A DNA stretch of 62,397 bases, filler included, from Rhabdomonas costata (GCA_019059605.1; 26 parts of 26 records of this genome joined end to end with filler, not necessarily neighbours in it); one strand, 5' to 3'; numbered from the whole stretch's first letter, positions 24,904 through 38,076 are shown. Notes: a model not told the origin generated them from the sequence alone. A program made the numbers and translations.

Positions 24904-25387
24904 CCTTCTCTCCCCCCAAATGATTGTGTACCCATCACCATCCCACGCCCCAGCTTTCTTTCCATCTTAACTCACTGGTGTGTTGCTTTCCCCCGCTTAA
25001 TCGACCCGTGTCTTTGCGATGTTCTTCTTCGCACTCCCTCCCTCCCCGTTTTCTGCGCCATGAAGATTCCCTCTCGGGAGTGGTATTAGCGAGGATACGT
25101 CCGGGGTTGTGGGACTGTGTCTATTTACCACCAACTCGGCGTTTGTGTGGCTACTCGAATTCGAGAAACATTTAATCCAGGTAATTAACGGAGCCATTTC
25201 CGCTTCCACGGGGCATTGCGCCACATTTTGCTCTGTTTTTTTTTGTGCTCCCGGGCGCTTTCTTTGTGTGTCTCTTCCCCGCTCCTAGTCTTCACCTCTT
25301 TCGAACAGAACCGGAACCACGGGTGCTGGAAGTTTTGTTTTGCGCTGGGTGTACCTGTACCTGTTTCGCAAGGCAATGACAGAGTGA

Positions 25388-25780
25388 TGTGCTGGCACGC
25401 CTGTAGATACCGGTGCCGCCCGTTCACCCATCCGAAAGAAAAGCCCCCAGGGGCTTTCCCGCGAGAAACGGCCCCAGCCCCCCAAGGAAGGAGTGTGGAG
25501 TCGCAGAGACCTGAGCCGCAATGGAGCAATGCAGGTAGCCGCTAGAAAAGAGCTGCTGCGCGACATTGGCCCGGGACCCGTGGGGCAGAAGGGAGGTTAC
25601 CATATGTGGAACGTTCGGCGGTGAGCCGGTTTCGGTTCCCCACGGCACCGTTCGCTCCAACGGCACCTCTCGCGAGCACCCGTTGCCAACAGCGCGTGCA
25701 CCAGTCAGTCCACAATGGTTACACCAACCGGTCAACCAGGCACCAGGCAACAGTCAGCGCGCAATGCGCCCAACACACAT
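25388..25780 (+). repeat. Dispersed repeat, copy 1 (degenerate CCCH zinc finger)
   Basis: Closely similar to 38077-38377, e.g. shared TTTCGGTTCCCCAC.GCACCGTTCGCTCCAACGGCACCTCTCGCGAGCACCCGT. Confidence 0.9.
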
Positions 25781-26449
25781 TCATATCCACTTCCACCCAC
25801 GCATTATTTTGCGAATGACTGCCTTCCCTGTATTAGATTTATCTGAATCTCATTTTTTCACCCAAACAGTGCAAAATTGCGAACACCGTGAGAAAGAGAC
25901 GAAGCGAGCAGAACGCTGGTGACCATCTTGATGAACAGTATCTAGGAGATGCTATAGCCTTTCCTTCTTGTGTGGTATCTTGGATAATCTGTGGTAGCGA
26001 GGGCGGGAGCGGGTATGGTCGTTGATTGGATTGCAAAGTGGCAGTTTTCCGAATGCAGGAATTCCGCTGAAAGCCCCTCCCTCATCCTTCGGCAGAGACA
26101 GCTACGTAAGCAAAGATCACATTCGAAAACATAGTACCAAAAGATTGCTCTATGACACAACAATTGTTGTTGTGTGTCGTGTCCTTGAGATACGAACATT
26201 CGCTTCGCTGGGCCATATTCTACCCAGGATGGTCAAGCTTAACTCCCCGGAGCAACGGGAGTTCACGGCAGCCAGACGAGCAAATGCACCAAAAAGAACT
26301 GGGATCACCCAACTGCAATTCCGGTCCGGCACTTATGCTCCACACACCNNNNNNNNNNNNNNNNNNNNNNNNNNNNNNNNNNNNNNNNNNNNTTAATTAA
26401 TTAANNNNNNNNNNNNNNNNNNNNNNNNNNNNNNNNNNNNNNNNNNNNG

Positions 26450-26559
26450 TTTTGGGGGCTCACATATATACCGTACAATCTTATGCCGCTTCTCACCCTC
26501 CGGCTGCAGCGGGTGAGAAGCGGCATAAGATTGTACGGTATATATGTGAGCCGCCAAAA
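26450..26559. repeat. Long hairpin, 42-bp perfect arms, 12-nt loop
   Basis: GGCTCACATATATACCGTACAATCTTATGCCGCTTCTCACCC and its exact reverse complement at 26511-26552. Confidence 0.95.
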
Positions 26560-26839
26560 ATGGAAGTGACTGCCTCCAGTGCAAGGACCAGCGCGCAGGC
26601 GTTTCCTGTGCTTCGGCTTAAGCCCCAATTCGCTGCGATGCGAGACATGGTTGAAGTTGAGCTCACCCGAAATTTGCCTGTGGACACATGTGAGCCCTGT
26701 GTGTATCCTGAACTTTTGAAGCTTTGTAGTAGGACAATGGTTGGTTGTTAGTCCTCGCGTCTAATTGTCCAATTGTTCCAATGGTTCAATTGTCCCACCA
26801 ATTGGTGGTGGTTGGTTGGCCCCAGCCCCTCCTCCACAG

Positions 26840-27052
26840 GTCTTGGACAACATCGCCAACGCCTTCACCCACGCCTCGGCTCTGCTGCTCACCCTGGTGG
26901 TCAGCGCGGCAATGCTGTCGTACCACCCCACCCTGCTGTTTTTCTGCGGGGTGGCCGTGGTGGTGCTGGCGATGTTCCTGTACCACAACACCGGAAGGAC
27001 GGCGTACGCCCCAACCCTGCAGCTCTCCGGAGAAATGTGGGACCCGCAGCAG
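26840..27052 (+). CDS. Nucleotide-sugar transporter (SLC35A-like), exon with last TM helices
   Basis: VLDNIANAFTHASALLLTLVVS...PTLLFFCGVAVVVLAMFLY fits the DNI.K.F...F.LG...V..A.FLY motif; AG/GT flanks. Confidence 0.8.
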
Positions 27053-28264
27053 GTTTGCGGTTAAGCGGTTAGGTCATGCAAGATCAGAGAGAGCTTGCCC
27101 TTTTGTTAGTGCAGCACCAGCATGAGGCACCCGATGTCTCTCGGTGCGAAATGCCGGCCTGTTGCCCAACGTCGAGGCGATCCAGTGTCCTGAGGAGGTG
27201 CGAACCGGCGTCCAGGAGAAGCTTCCGCTGGTGGTGGTGTTACCATCAGGACACCATCAACGTCTGGGAGAAGAAGAAGCGCAGATCGACTGCCAACACG
27301 CACACGCGAAGACAAATCAACAAATCAAATGCAGACTCATTGGCAGAGAACACCACAGCTTAGCGGATTTTCCCCCCTTGACGACGGACCCGGCTCTCTC
27401 AAGGGGCAAAAGCTGTCTTTGTTCGCTCACTGCACAATATCAATTGAGAGTCAGGTTTCCTTTTAGACGGATTTCACACCACCCAAAAAAACACCCAAGA
27501 AAAAACAGAAAAAACAGCAACGTTTCGTCAGGGTACCAACCCCTGCAGACTGAAAACGCAGGAATGTCGCCTTCAAAGAAAGTTAGTTCGGTTTTTTGCT
27601 TTGCTCACTGTCCTATAAAGTTCTAACCGTGCTTCCAGCACCCCAGCACGGCAGCCTGCACCGCCACAAGGGCGGGTAAAGATGAAAAACAGTTGGTACC
27701 AAGATGGCGTGAGATAGTGTGCATGAAGCTTTACCTGTGACCACTATGACCATGCATGATGCATGTGACCCAAGAAAGTAGTTTTCAAAAGAATGCACAG
27801 TTTTCAGATATATCACGAAAATTATCGCCAGTTGTGGAACGACAGCGAAATCGAACGATGAACCTGTGCTTCCTCGATGTTGCAGAACACAAAAAGTCCA
27901 TTTTGCGTGCACGGCTTTTTCATTGAGGCTTTTCTTGGCAATCGATGCACCTGGAAATGGAAGTGTCAGTTTTTGTTATCTTGGTCAAGCAGCATAAAAG
28001 AACGACTATTGTCAACTGTGATGCACCTTGATTTTTCTCCAAAGGTAGGTATGGACGGATTTTTGTTTTAATTGAAATAGCTTGCTCCTTGAAAGGATTG
28101 GAGGAGTGCAATGAAATTTTCGGGAATGCAGGATGCAGGACGCAGGATGCACTCTGTAAAGCCATCCATCTGGAAACTACAGCCCACTTTATCGGCCGAT
28201 TGGTGAGTTTTGCCGTTTGGGTTTGCGAACGTAATTGGGCTATCTTCGGTGCTCACTTTTAGGC

Positions 28265-28727
28265 ATGCGGATCTCAGGCAACGCCGTGAACTCAGTGTTT
28301 GCGTGTGTGCACAACTCACGCATATTCAAAACCAGCGACAACAGAAAATTAGCAATACTGGTGGTTATGGTGCCACCAATTTTTTGCGTTTTCAGCGGGC
28401 CTCTGGTGGCCATGAGGAGGAGCCCGACGAGCTCACGTTAGAGAACGATCCGATGCTCACCGAGGCCAACGACACTGTGGCGCAGAGTCGGGTGTAGCAT
28501 AGCGCTTTGCTGGCGGATAGAGCCTGAGGGGTGCATGTATGTTGAAATTGTGCGGCAGCGCCCAGGCATGCTGTGCGAGGTGCCCCTGAGGGCCTTGTGT
28601 GGCGTCTTGCTGTCCTTGTCTTTCGACGAGGCGTGTCCGAGCCCCAACCTCGGAAAGGCCCCCCTTTTTATCCAAAGAAGCGCGTGACTGTGCCCATCGC
28701 CAGCGAGCACGAAGATTCGGCGGACCC
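28265..28727 (+). CDS. Hypothetical protein N-terminus; exons 28265-28285, 28396-28491, 28678-~28727
   Basis: MRISGNA/RASGGHEEEPDELTLENDPML...QSR/KRVTVPIASEHEDSAD through two phase-0 GT-AG introns. Confidence 0.5.
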
Positions 28728-29654
28728 ACACCACACAATGAATAAAAAACCACNNNNNNNNNNNNNNNNNNNNNNNNNNNNNNNNNNNNNNNNNNNNTTA
28801 ATTAATTAANNNNNNNNNNNNNNNNNNNNNNNNNNNNNNNNNNNNNNNNNNNNGGGTGTGGGTTACGTCAACGGCTCACCCTACGCCATGGCAGCCGCAG
28901 CTCAGCACGTACAGTAGACCAACCTGCGGCGTTCCTGCACAACCTTGCCTTGACTGTTACCAGTGGCCTCTACTAGCATACTCCATCGTTGCCAATGTCA
29001 TCACGTGGGGGCGTCTGGATTCCAGCCTGCCGTACCATTCGTGTGGTGGATCGTGTTTCTACACAGTAGGTATGAAGGCAAACTTGATCACTTTGTGTGG
29101 TGCCGTATTGCGTCCGACACGTATCCCGAGGGACATCTTCGGAACCGGAACCAGAGGAGGAACCTGAGACGGAAGGGGAACCAGAGACTGAAACGGAGAC
29201 GGAACCAAAGGCTGAAACGGAGACTGAAACGGAAGCGGAGACGTAACTCGAATCCTGAGACAGAGACATAGACCATGAACCCCACCATCCACTCCACACC
29301 CATCCCCACCTCAGAAGTCAACGCATCACTACAGCCACCCACCATTGCACCACTCCCCACACCAAGGCCCTCCGTCACACACCAAACCACCGACCACCCT
29401 ACGACACACCCTACAGCAGCGACACTGACTACGACACAGACAACGCAACCCAGCACCACCAGCAACGCCAACAGCCCGTGACACAACCACCACCCCAGCC
29501 AACACCACAAACCATCCTACGCACCAGACACTGCCCAACCACACCAACGTCATCGCGAACACCAACCACTCCACCTCACCTCCAACGCCCACACCACCTC
29601 CGACTCCAACAGCAACAGCAACAGCAGCACAACCTCCGACACAACCACCACCAC

Positions 29655-31157
29655 CTTGTGCCCCGGCAGCAAAGGCTGGCACAGCGTGGCCGCATCAGCG
29701 ACCTCGCCAACTCCGCGGTGGGTCAGCCCCAGGCACTGCAGCTGCTCGCACAGCGCCTCCCGCACCACCGCATCTCGGTGCAGGGCCACAGCGATGAGGC
29801 TGTGGGCGGGGCCGCGGAACTGCGGCACGGCCGCCGCGAACGGTCCCACCTCCGAGACCTGCGCTGCGGAGGGCCGGCGCACAGGAATCCACAGGCTGAA
29901 CCGGCAGCCCCGGCCCTCCCCCTCGCTGCTGACGGTGAGGTCGCCGCCCATCAGCTGCGCCAAGTTACGCGAGATCACCAGTCCCAGGCCGGTGCCCCCG
30001 AACTTCCGCGTAATGGTGGCATCTGAAGACAGGAGAGATCGCACAAGGGCTTTTCAAGTAAACTGCGGGACGTTTGTGTTTCTCCCCTGAGGAGGGGGGT
30101 AACAATCACCGAGGAAGTCAACATAATCACATCGCCATTGTTATACGTGCACTCTTTCTCTCTAAACCCCTCCCAGGTGCAGGTTTCACGTATCCACAAA
30201 AAACACAGCGAGTGTACCTCCCCACATCTGACAGAACGATTCCGAACAGCAAAGGTAGCAAAGGCACTGTTTTGTGGGAAGAAGCCAAAGTCAAGAGAGG
30301 GGCTCAAAACAGATTGCCTGTATCCTGTTGTCTCCAATTACACTACTACCACCCCAATGCTGGGATGACGATCAGAGAACTTGCCGTAACCTCCAGGACG
30401 CGGGCGAACAAACAAAGGTCGGCAAATACAAGCCGAGGCAGAAGGAAGAAAAGAAAGGGGACAAGGCACCCGCTTGCACGAAGGGCTGAAAGAGCCGCCC
30501 CATGGTCTCCGGGGTGAGCCCAATGCCGGTGTCCTCAACCTCGAACCACAGCCGGGCCTCGTCGGGGCTCACGCGGCAGCGCAGGCTGACCCTCCCGCGG
30601 GACGTGAACTGCGGATAGCAATGCCCACGAGGTTTCCGCTGGAAACAGTTTCATCACCTGCAGCTTGTGGCTTGCAGTCTGAAATTTCGTCCAACTTATC
30701 TTCCACATGTCTTCTGAGGGCACTGCATTCAAGTTCGCACAGCACCGTCTTCGTGAAATAGCTTATATTGAAGAAAACCTGCACCTCCCCCCTTTGTGGT
30801 TTTTACAATATATTTCTTTACAACTTCTGAAATGCTACAATCATGTAAATGTAAAAAGAGGGAAGCCGAGCACAAGCGTTCGGGATGCGGGGCTTGAAAT
30901 ACAATGGCTTCAATCGACACCAAGTCAGGGGAAGGGGAGGGGCATGTCCATGCCTTAATGGCGTTGCTGAGGAGGTTCAGTAGGACTTGCCTCAGGCGCC
31001 CCGGGTCCCCCACCAGCACCCAGGGCACAGTGGAGCTCACCCACGACACCAGCTCCAGGCCCTTCTCCTCGGCCTTCATCTGCACTATCTCCAGGGTGCC
31101 GTCCACACAGTCGTACACCGTAAAGGACCGGAAGTCCAGCTCGAGCATCCCGCTCTG
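29655..31157 (-). CDS. Hybrid sensor histidine kinase (HATPase_c plus receiver-like start); exons 31157-30954, 30608-30470, 30022-29655
   Basis: GDPGRLRQVLLNLLSNAIK/FT...VEDTGIG...LFQPFVQA/DATITRKFGGTGLGLVIS...LMGG (N, G1, F, G2 boxes); first intron GC-AG. Confidence 0.95.
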
Positions 31158-31274
31158 NNNNNNNNNNNNNNNNNNNNNNNNNNNNNNNNNNNNNNNNNNN
31201 NTTAATTAATTAANNNNNNNNNNNNNNNNNNNNNNNNNNNNNNNNNNNNNNNNNNNNGGGGGGGGGGGGTGCAG

Positions 31275-31927
31275 GTGACGATCGGGGTGCAAGCCACGCA
31301 GCCCGTGGTGTCTTACGGGTACATCCACCGTGGGGAGCCCCTGCAGTGCTCGCAGGAGGGTCTCCGCGCTTTTGGCCTCCAGAGCTTCACCGAGAAGCCC
31401 AGCCTGGAGGTTGTGCGGATGCGTTTGTCATGGGAGGGGACTAATTTTTCCTCCGTGCTAATCGTGCTTGATGGGAAAATGGAGCTGTGGGAGTGCCTTC
31501 TTCGAAGACCCCTGCTTCGAAGGTAAAGGGGAACTACTGAAAACCTCGTTGAATTAAGAAACCCTAAAACTCATTTCCAGTCACTTGAAAACGATTGTCT
31601 TGCGCGCAGTGGGCCGTTATTCTGTCGGTAATGGCGGTATTCTGTCCCCTCGCCCACCTTAGTGGCGGTGGTGCTTTTCTCCATCGCTCTGTTTTTCTCT
31701 GCTTTGAGTGGGGAGGGCAGGGGGGCGCTCTCAAAATTTCTGTCCCCCCTCCAAACAGTTCGCGACGAAGTTTGTGCAGAGCGGGGAGTACCTGTGGAAC
31801 ACCGGGGTGTTCGTTGTGCGGGCCTCGGTGTGGTCCCGGGCGCTTCAGCGGCTGCGCCCCATCATCTACTCCGCCATCGACGAGAGCATCAAGAAGCGCA
31901 CCGTTGACGGGGTCTTCATCCGCCCCG
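31275..31927 (+). CDS. manC: Bacterial-type mannose-1-phosphate guanylyltransferase; exons 31275-31409, 31759-31927
   Basis: VTIGV...SYGYIHRG...FTEKPSLE/FATKFVQSGEYLWNTGVF...ASVW...FIRP; GT-AG intron. Confidence 0.88.
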
Positions 31928-32679
31928 GTACCCGACACATCCACAACCACACACACATACACACATACGTGGGTGTGTTGCTTGTGAGAAGATGAGTAGG
32001 GAGGCGACAACCAACGGAGTGCTGCACGAGACCAAAGGTTGGGTTGATGTGGTCTGGAAGCTGGGAAATGTCCTGTGCAGGAAAGGCGGACATTCCCCCT
32101 CCACCGCTGTGTGAACTGCGCGACACACTGCGCCATGCCACGCTCAGAAGGGAGAATACTCGGTGGAGGCACTCCGATTCACCGGCAAGCAGGGGCCAGG
32201 TTGGAGCAGAAAATGAGGTGCCCATGGGGGTTACTGATTACCACCAGGAAGCCTGGCCTCCCTCCACCACCGAACACCCAGGGGGGCCCCATTTCCTGGG
32301 GGTCGCGCAACACCGGTCGACACAAGGCCCCACCCAGCAGTGGTTTTCACCCCCAAGACGGAACTGGACATGGCAGCAAGCATAATTCACAGTGGGAACA
32401 ATTTGAGATGGGGACAACCGACTGCCAGGGATGTGGAAGGGAACGATGCGGCGAGAATTCCCGAAGTCACGGAGGTAAGACCCCCCTGCAGCCAGTTCAC
32501 GGCGACAGGCAACCCCGCTGACAACCGGAGAAGTGATCACAACGTCGTCTCCCACACCTTCTGTGCAGCCTCCGAAACCACCAGGCCAATGTAATCTGTT
32601 TGTCGTACTCTTGGAACGCCACAGGCTCTCGAAACATTCAGCGAAGCAGATTCGGACCAACTCGACAGCCGACGCTCAG

Positions 32680-33260
32680 CCCACCAGTGGCCAAGCACAC
32701 GCTGCGACTCTGTCGACAATGCCCATACAGACTGGAATTTTCCTCAAGCCGAAACCAACGACCAAGATAAGGATTCTTCAATCGGGAAGGTGAAGGAGCC
32801 GAAGGATTGCGACAATTAATGCGGCTTTTGGAAGTCACCTGGCGAGACCTACAGTACCCACAGTTTAGCGACAAAGGGGCGCATGCGTGTCAGGCCGATC
32901 CAGAAGGTGGAGACTGATCTGTCTCAAAGGTGCTGAATTCGACCTCCTACGAGTATCCCACACAAACATCACCACGTGCACGACCACACGACAAACCACA
33001 CTCCTCCCATTTTTTCACAGGAGCAACCAGAGTTGCTTGGTCCGAGGTTCGAGCCGACCAGCGGTCATGGGATTGCCCCGCACAGCTTCGACACATAGGG
33101 CGTGTCGATACCTACATCCGGCCTGTTCTTTGAATCGGCGATCTTTGCATTTGGCTTGCCTTGAAAGTGATTCAGAGTCCTCTACCGATGATTCTCGTTT
33201 ATCATTTCCTTCGTAATTTCCGAGTTCAAGCCGATTGGTCTATCCGCCTGATGAGCCTGC
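32680..33260 (+). mobile_element. Possible decayed LTR-retrotransposon integrase fragment
   Basis: Scattered motifs LCRQC, LNSTSYE..TQTSP, L*IGDLCIW with stops and frameshifts. Confidence 0.25.
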
Positions 33261-33661
33261 ATCACCAGGGCCAGGGTTATCCAGTTCAGGCCCAGTCCCA
33301 CGAGATGGGGGCACAATTCATTCGTGTGGTTATCGCCGGAGGACAATCGATTTTGGGCAAACAGCAGCAGCCCCACTCGGGACCCCGCGGTCAAGGAGGA
33401 CCACTCTGCAGAAACACAGGAACCACTATCCGGTCCCGAGCCATCGGCGGCAGTTGTGACCCCTCTAATTCCTTTGCTCGGTTCCGAAGGAGTTGAAAAA
33501 GTCGAGCTTACCACGGATGAAAAGGCCAAGATTGTTTGTAACCTCGAGATGCGTCAAACCCNNNNNNNNNNNNNNNNNNNNNNNNNNNNNNNNNNNNNNN
33601 NNNNNTTAATTAATTAANNNNNNNNNNNNNNNNNNNNNNNNNNNNNNNNNNNNNNNNNNNN

Positions 33662-35701
33662 CCATCCAGCGGATGGTGTGGAACTGCGCAGGCTGGTTGG
33701 CCAGCCAGCCCCCCAGCGCGGCGCCCAGGAACAGCCCCGCCAGACGCACTACAAACAGCATCGCCACCAGCCACAGCGAGTTCACCATGGAGTCGAATAG
33801 CAGCGAGGACCCAGCCAGGCTGAAGAACACTGCGCAGAGGACACAGGCACATGCTCCCCCCGATACTCGATATGGCGTGAGAATTCATCTGCGGCATTTT
33901 CGGCTTATCGCCAGAGAACCAATTCAACTTCAATTTTGTGTTGTGCACATTACTAATATCCCTGACCAGCTGAATATCTAGAAATATAGGGTGAGTGGAC
34001 GGGACAAGTGTCAAAATAGTAAACCTGAGTTGCACAGTGTGCTGTGCATAGCGAGCAAAGCAGAAAGAGCAGATAGCAGTTTCCTCCAGAAACCAAATTC
34101 GTATGTGTGCGGGAGGAGGGGGGTGCACGCCCCACACCAAGGGCACCGCTGGTGCCTGTTCACAAAAAAATCACAGGGTTTTGACGACACACATGTTCGA
34201 TGACATTCTGCTGCAGATTCCACACACACAGACACTATTTCAAAGTTAAATACAAGGGTGCAAAACACAGAAACAAGAAAAGAGAACAGAGACAAAACCT
34301 TGACAAAGCTTTCCCATCACCACTGTCGCTGAAAAGCTTCATCATCACATCAGCGCCTCACAACCTCAAACTTCCAAATCCCACTCATCCAAACCACACA
34401 CCGATGTTCGAGTATGGCAGCACTGCTGCCAGCAGAGTCCGGAAGTCCTCGGACTGCACCGGAGTGGTATTGGTGACATAAAGGCTCGCCACCACACACA
34501 TCAGCAGCGGCGCCAAGGGCTGCACCCGGTCCACGATGTGAGCGGTGAAGAACACCGCAAAGCCCACCGCGGCCAGTCCGCACGCCTGCACCGCGGCCCA
34601 GGGCCGCGCCAGCTTCAGTCCGGCCTGCAGCCCCAGCCCCACCAGCAGCCCTGTAGTGACGGAGAACCCAAGCTTCAGCGCAGGGTGAAGCAGGGCAGCG
34701 GACGAGAAGGGCACTCCGGTAACGATGCTCTGCGCCGCGGCAAGGTTCACGCTGAACAGTACGATCACCACGACGTCCATCGCGACACTCACTGAGAGCG
34801 TCACTTTTTTATATAGACCGCAACGTACAGAATGTCGCATCCATGATATACAGCAAGAAAACAGTCTTCTGTACAAGGTTTGGCACACAACACTGGTGCA
34901 AAACTGCAAAGAGAATCACTGGGAGCAGCCACGAAAAGGCAGGGTTACCCTCTGAAAGGGATGCACGCTCTTTCCCTTCAGAAGTTCCTCCAGACATTCC
35001 TGACACCAGCCCATTCACACGCCCCATCAGTGGACGGACCCACTGGACCGACAAGTTTCATCCTTGGCTCAAAAAACACGGGGTTGGGGGTGTCTGGGAG
35101 TCTGAAAAGGAAGGGATAGGCAGGCCGACGGCCCTCACCAAAGGGTTACGTCTCCGACAAGCCATCGGGCGTTTCCGATTCGGTGGAGGGTTTGTTAATG
35201 TAAACGCAGCGATATGAATAGCCTTTACCATATTCTTCACTGTGCTCAACTTATTTTTCATTCGCTCCCATCGACCTGTGGTGAACGCCCCGCTGCTGCG
35301 CATCTCCTTCACCACAGCAATCGCAGAGGCGGGCGATCGAGCCATCAGAACGGTGCTCATCAGCAGCACCGCCGCCCGGATTTCTGGGGGAACCCCTGCC
35401 GGCAGCGAGGACCCAGCGTCCCCCTCAGCCACTTGACCTGTCGAATTCCGAAACGGCAGGAAGGCCGACACTACTGTCAGGCTCCCCCACAGGAAAGTAA
35501 AGGTCACACTCATCAGGGCGGCCATGGTGCAGAGGATGACACGGTGGTGTTCTCGGAGAGTTTGAGCCTGCAGCTCCGCCCCAGCAGCGAAGGCGATGAT
35601 TGCGAGAGAGACCTGCTCAAGGGGGTGCAGAGTCTGAAGGTCATGAGGGGAAAGCAGTCCCAGGCACTGTGGTCCGGCCGCAATACCCGCGAAGAGGTAC
35701 C
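33662..35701 (-). CDS. Cation/H+ antiporter (CPA2/Kef-like); exons 35701-35276, 34803-34402, 33829-33662
   Basis: GYLFAGIAAGP...IAFAAGAEL...ARSPASAIAVVKE...G.FT...AMDVV...PLLMC...FFSLAG; phase-1 GT-AG introns. Confidence 0.9.
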
Positions 35702-36317
35702 CTACAAGCACAAAGAGAGAGAGAGGCAAGACAGAAAACGGAGAATCTATGGTGAGAATTATGGAACGGGGACAGGGACTGAGTATGGGCCATCACCACC
35801 AATCTCAGATCTGCTAAGTCACGGCGCTGGGTCGCTCAACTTTGAGCCCATTGTTAACATCACCACGAGAGGGCAACCCATCCAAAAACACTTAGGAATT
35901 TGAGAAAAAAGATGCCTGCATTGGTACACTGTTTCTAAAAGAGACTGGTTGTCTCCAACCCACAANNNNNNNNNNNNNNNNNNNNNNNNNNNNNNNNNNN
36001 NNNNNNNNNTTAATTAATTAANNNNNNNNNNNNNNNNNNNNNNNNNNNNNNNNNNNNNNNNNNNNGTTCCCTTGACTGCCGCGAATCTCACTCGAATTTC
36101 AGAATGGGTATGCAGATGATATTTAGGTTGTTTTTTTGTTGAACGAACTGCAGTTTTTGAGTTTTATGGGACAGAGAGAAGGTGAGAGGATGGATGGAAC
36201 CAGGCGAGAAACAAAAGATGGAAACAGAAAAATGTCCCTTGTTTGAGTGCTCGACTTTCCTTTTCCTGGCTGGGCCTCTATTGCTGCAGTGATGTACCAT
36301 TCTACTTTCCTTTTCAG

Positions 36318-37722
36318 CTGCAAGCAGAAGAGGCTCAACGCAAAACCCACGAAGAAAAGGCAGCCCGGTCTCGGCAAGCTGAAAAGCCTGCTCCAAAACT
36401 GAGCATTGCCCGTCACATCCTCTTCGACGTGCCGCCTGCATGGAGCGAAAGATACTCCAAGGAGACCCAAACCGATGTTACTGCAGCAGCGATTCAGAGC
36501 GCCTTCATCGCCCAAGGTTTTTTTTGGATTGCATGAGAGGCGCCCTTGCGAGAGGCAAAAGGAAAGTTGCGCGAAACAAGCGAAACTGGATTGTTTTGCG
36601 ATGCTTTTTTTTTCTTTTTTCGCCACAGTTCAGCCAATTTCCATCGGAAAGCGAGACGAACTTGATGTCGGCGACTTTGGAAGTCCAGTGTTTGAGCCTT
36701 CTTTGAAATACGCCACCGAAGAAGCTGCGCCAGCCGCTTCCGAAGCCAAGAGCTCCACTGAAGTTCCAGGTTACTCCTTGCATGCTAATGCATGATAATG
36801 TCTGGTCAAGTGTGATCAAACAGGATTAGCACACTGAAACGCGATTGGGACGGTGAACAATGTGACGAATGACACTCGACTGCTTCTTCCCTCCCCCCAA
36901 GGTGTCGGCCAAGTTGTAGGCTTGTTGTTTTTAAACATTTTTTGTTATTAATATTTTGAGGGTAATTGGGGGAAATTGGAGTCTTCTTCGATGTTTTTTT
37001 TTTGCAATGACTGAGGGGAAAACTTGGAGGAAGGGTGAGACCAACAACTTCAAAAGCTCCGAAAGTGGTCTTTCCGGGATATCAACACGTATACTTTTTG
37101 TCTTTTAGTTTTTGAACGATTTTTTTGCCCCAAGCCTGTCTGTGTGACACAGACAGCGCAAAAGCAGAAAAAAAATATGTAGTATGACCTTCTCAGTACA
37201 TTTCGCGTCCTCTTCCTCTATTTTCCGCCCCTTTTTATCCTGGTCGTCCCGAATTTTTGCTGCACTTTTTTCGCAGCTGCAGCCGCCGTAACCAAGGCAC
37301 AGCAGTCCTTGAGCCCAGCGGAGACCCGCCGGCTGATCTCCAGCGCGGGCTTTGCAGATTTCCTGGGGCGCGCCTCGCTGATTATGGAGCGGGCGCTGAA
37401 CGTCAACTTTGACGTTCTCCCTGGCGAGTCTCACGATGACGCCCTCACCGCGTACGAACGCCTTGTGGTTCATATCACCTTGTCACCAGCTAGCGTTTAA
37501 CACACTTGATAGTTGAGCGGTGGGATTCAGTAGATTGGCTTTTGCCCAAAGCCGCTGGTGTTATTCTCAGAACATCTGGTGTGCTAAGTTATCATGTTTT
37601 TGATTTTCCTCGTGCCCCGCAGTGTGGAGAAACCGGGCGACTGGGTTTCTGTGAAGCAGACCTTCTTCGACGAGAAATGGAGCAAAGGCAAGGCTGTCAC
37701 CAGCCTTTCCTTCAACAGCAAG
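36318..37722 (+). CDS. DYNC1I: Cytoplasmic dynein-1 intermediate chain; exons 36318-36516, 36629-36769, 37277-37451, 37623-37722
   Basis: LC8-binding YSKETQT; FADFLGRASLIMERAL; FFDEKWSKGKAVTSL (start of WD40); three GT-AG introns. Confidence 0.9.
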
Positions 37723-38047
37723 GTAGGTGGTTGATATTCTTTCCAACAAGTTGTGGACCTGTTGCATTAAGCCTTTGTGTGAATTTTTTGTGATTCTTCC
37801 TTGCAACTCCAAACTGAGAGAGTGCGAAAGGCTGTGAGCGCGAGCATCCTAGCGCATGTCTTTCGCATTAATATTCCGACTATTCCATACGATTCGAAAT
37901 TGTTTCTGCGGATTTTGGGGTCGACACAACTGGTTGCATAAATTATGTGAAATGAATGACTTAATTTACTTGATTCCCGTGATATAACATTTAGCCGTGT
38001 TTTAGTGTGATTTCCATGATATATGCATTTAACCAGAGTCACACAAC

Positions 38048-38075
38048 CACACACACACACACACACACACACACA
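38048..38075 (+). repeat. (CA)n microsatellite; similar tracts at 2644-2659, 10782-10800, 17435-17455, 53485-53499
   Basis: Direct inspection. Confidence 0.9.
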
Positions 38076-38076
38076 A

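Noticed and set aside
28659..28677. C6T5 tract as a second slippery site
   Set aside because: Explained as the polypyrimidine tract of an in-phase AAG acceptor at 28677
29150..29655. Glu/Pro/Thr-rich and mucin-like ORFs (also 38586-39091 and 61000-62339)
   Set aside because: Products of low-complexity strand-skewed DNA; no splice or codon-bias support
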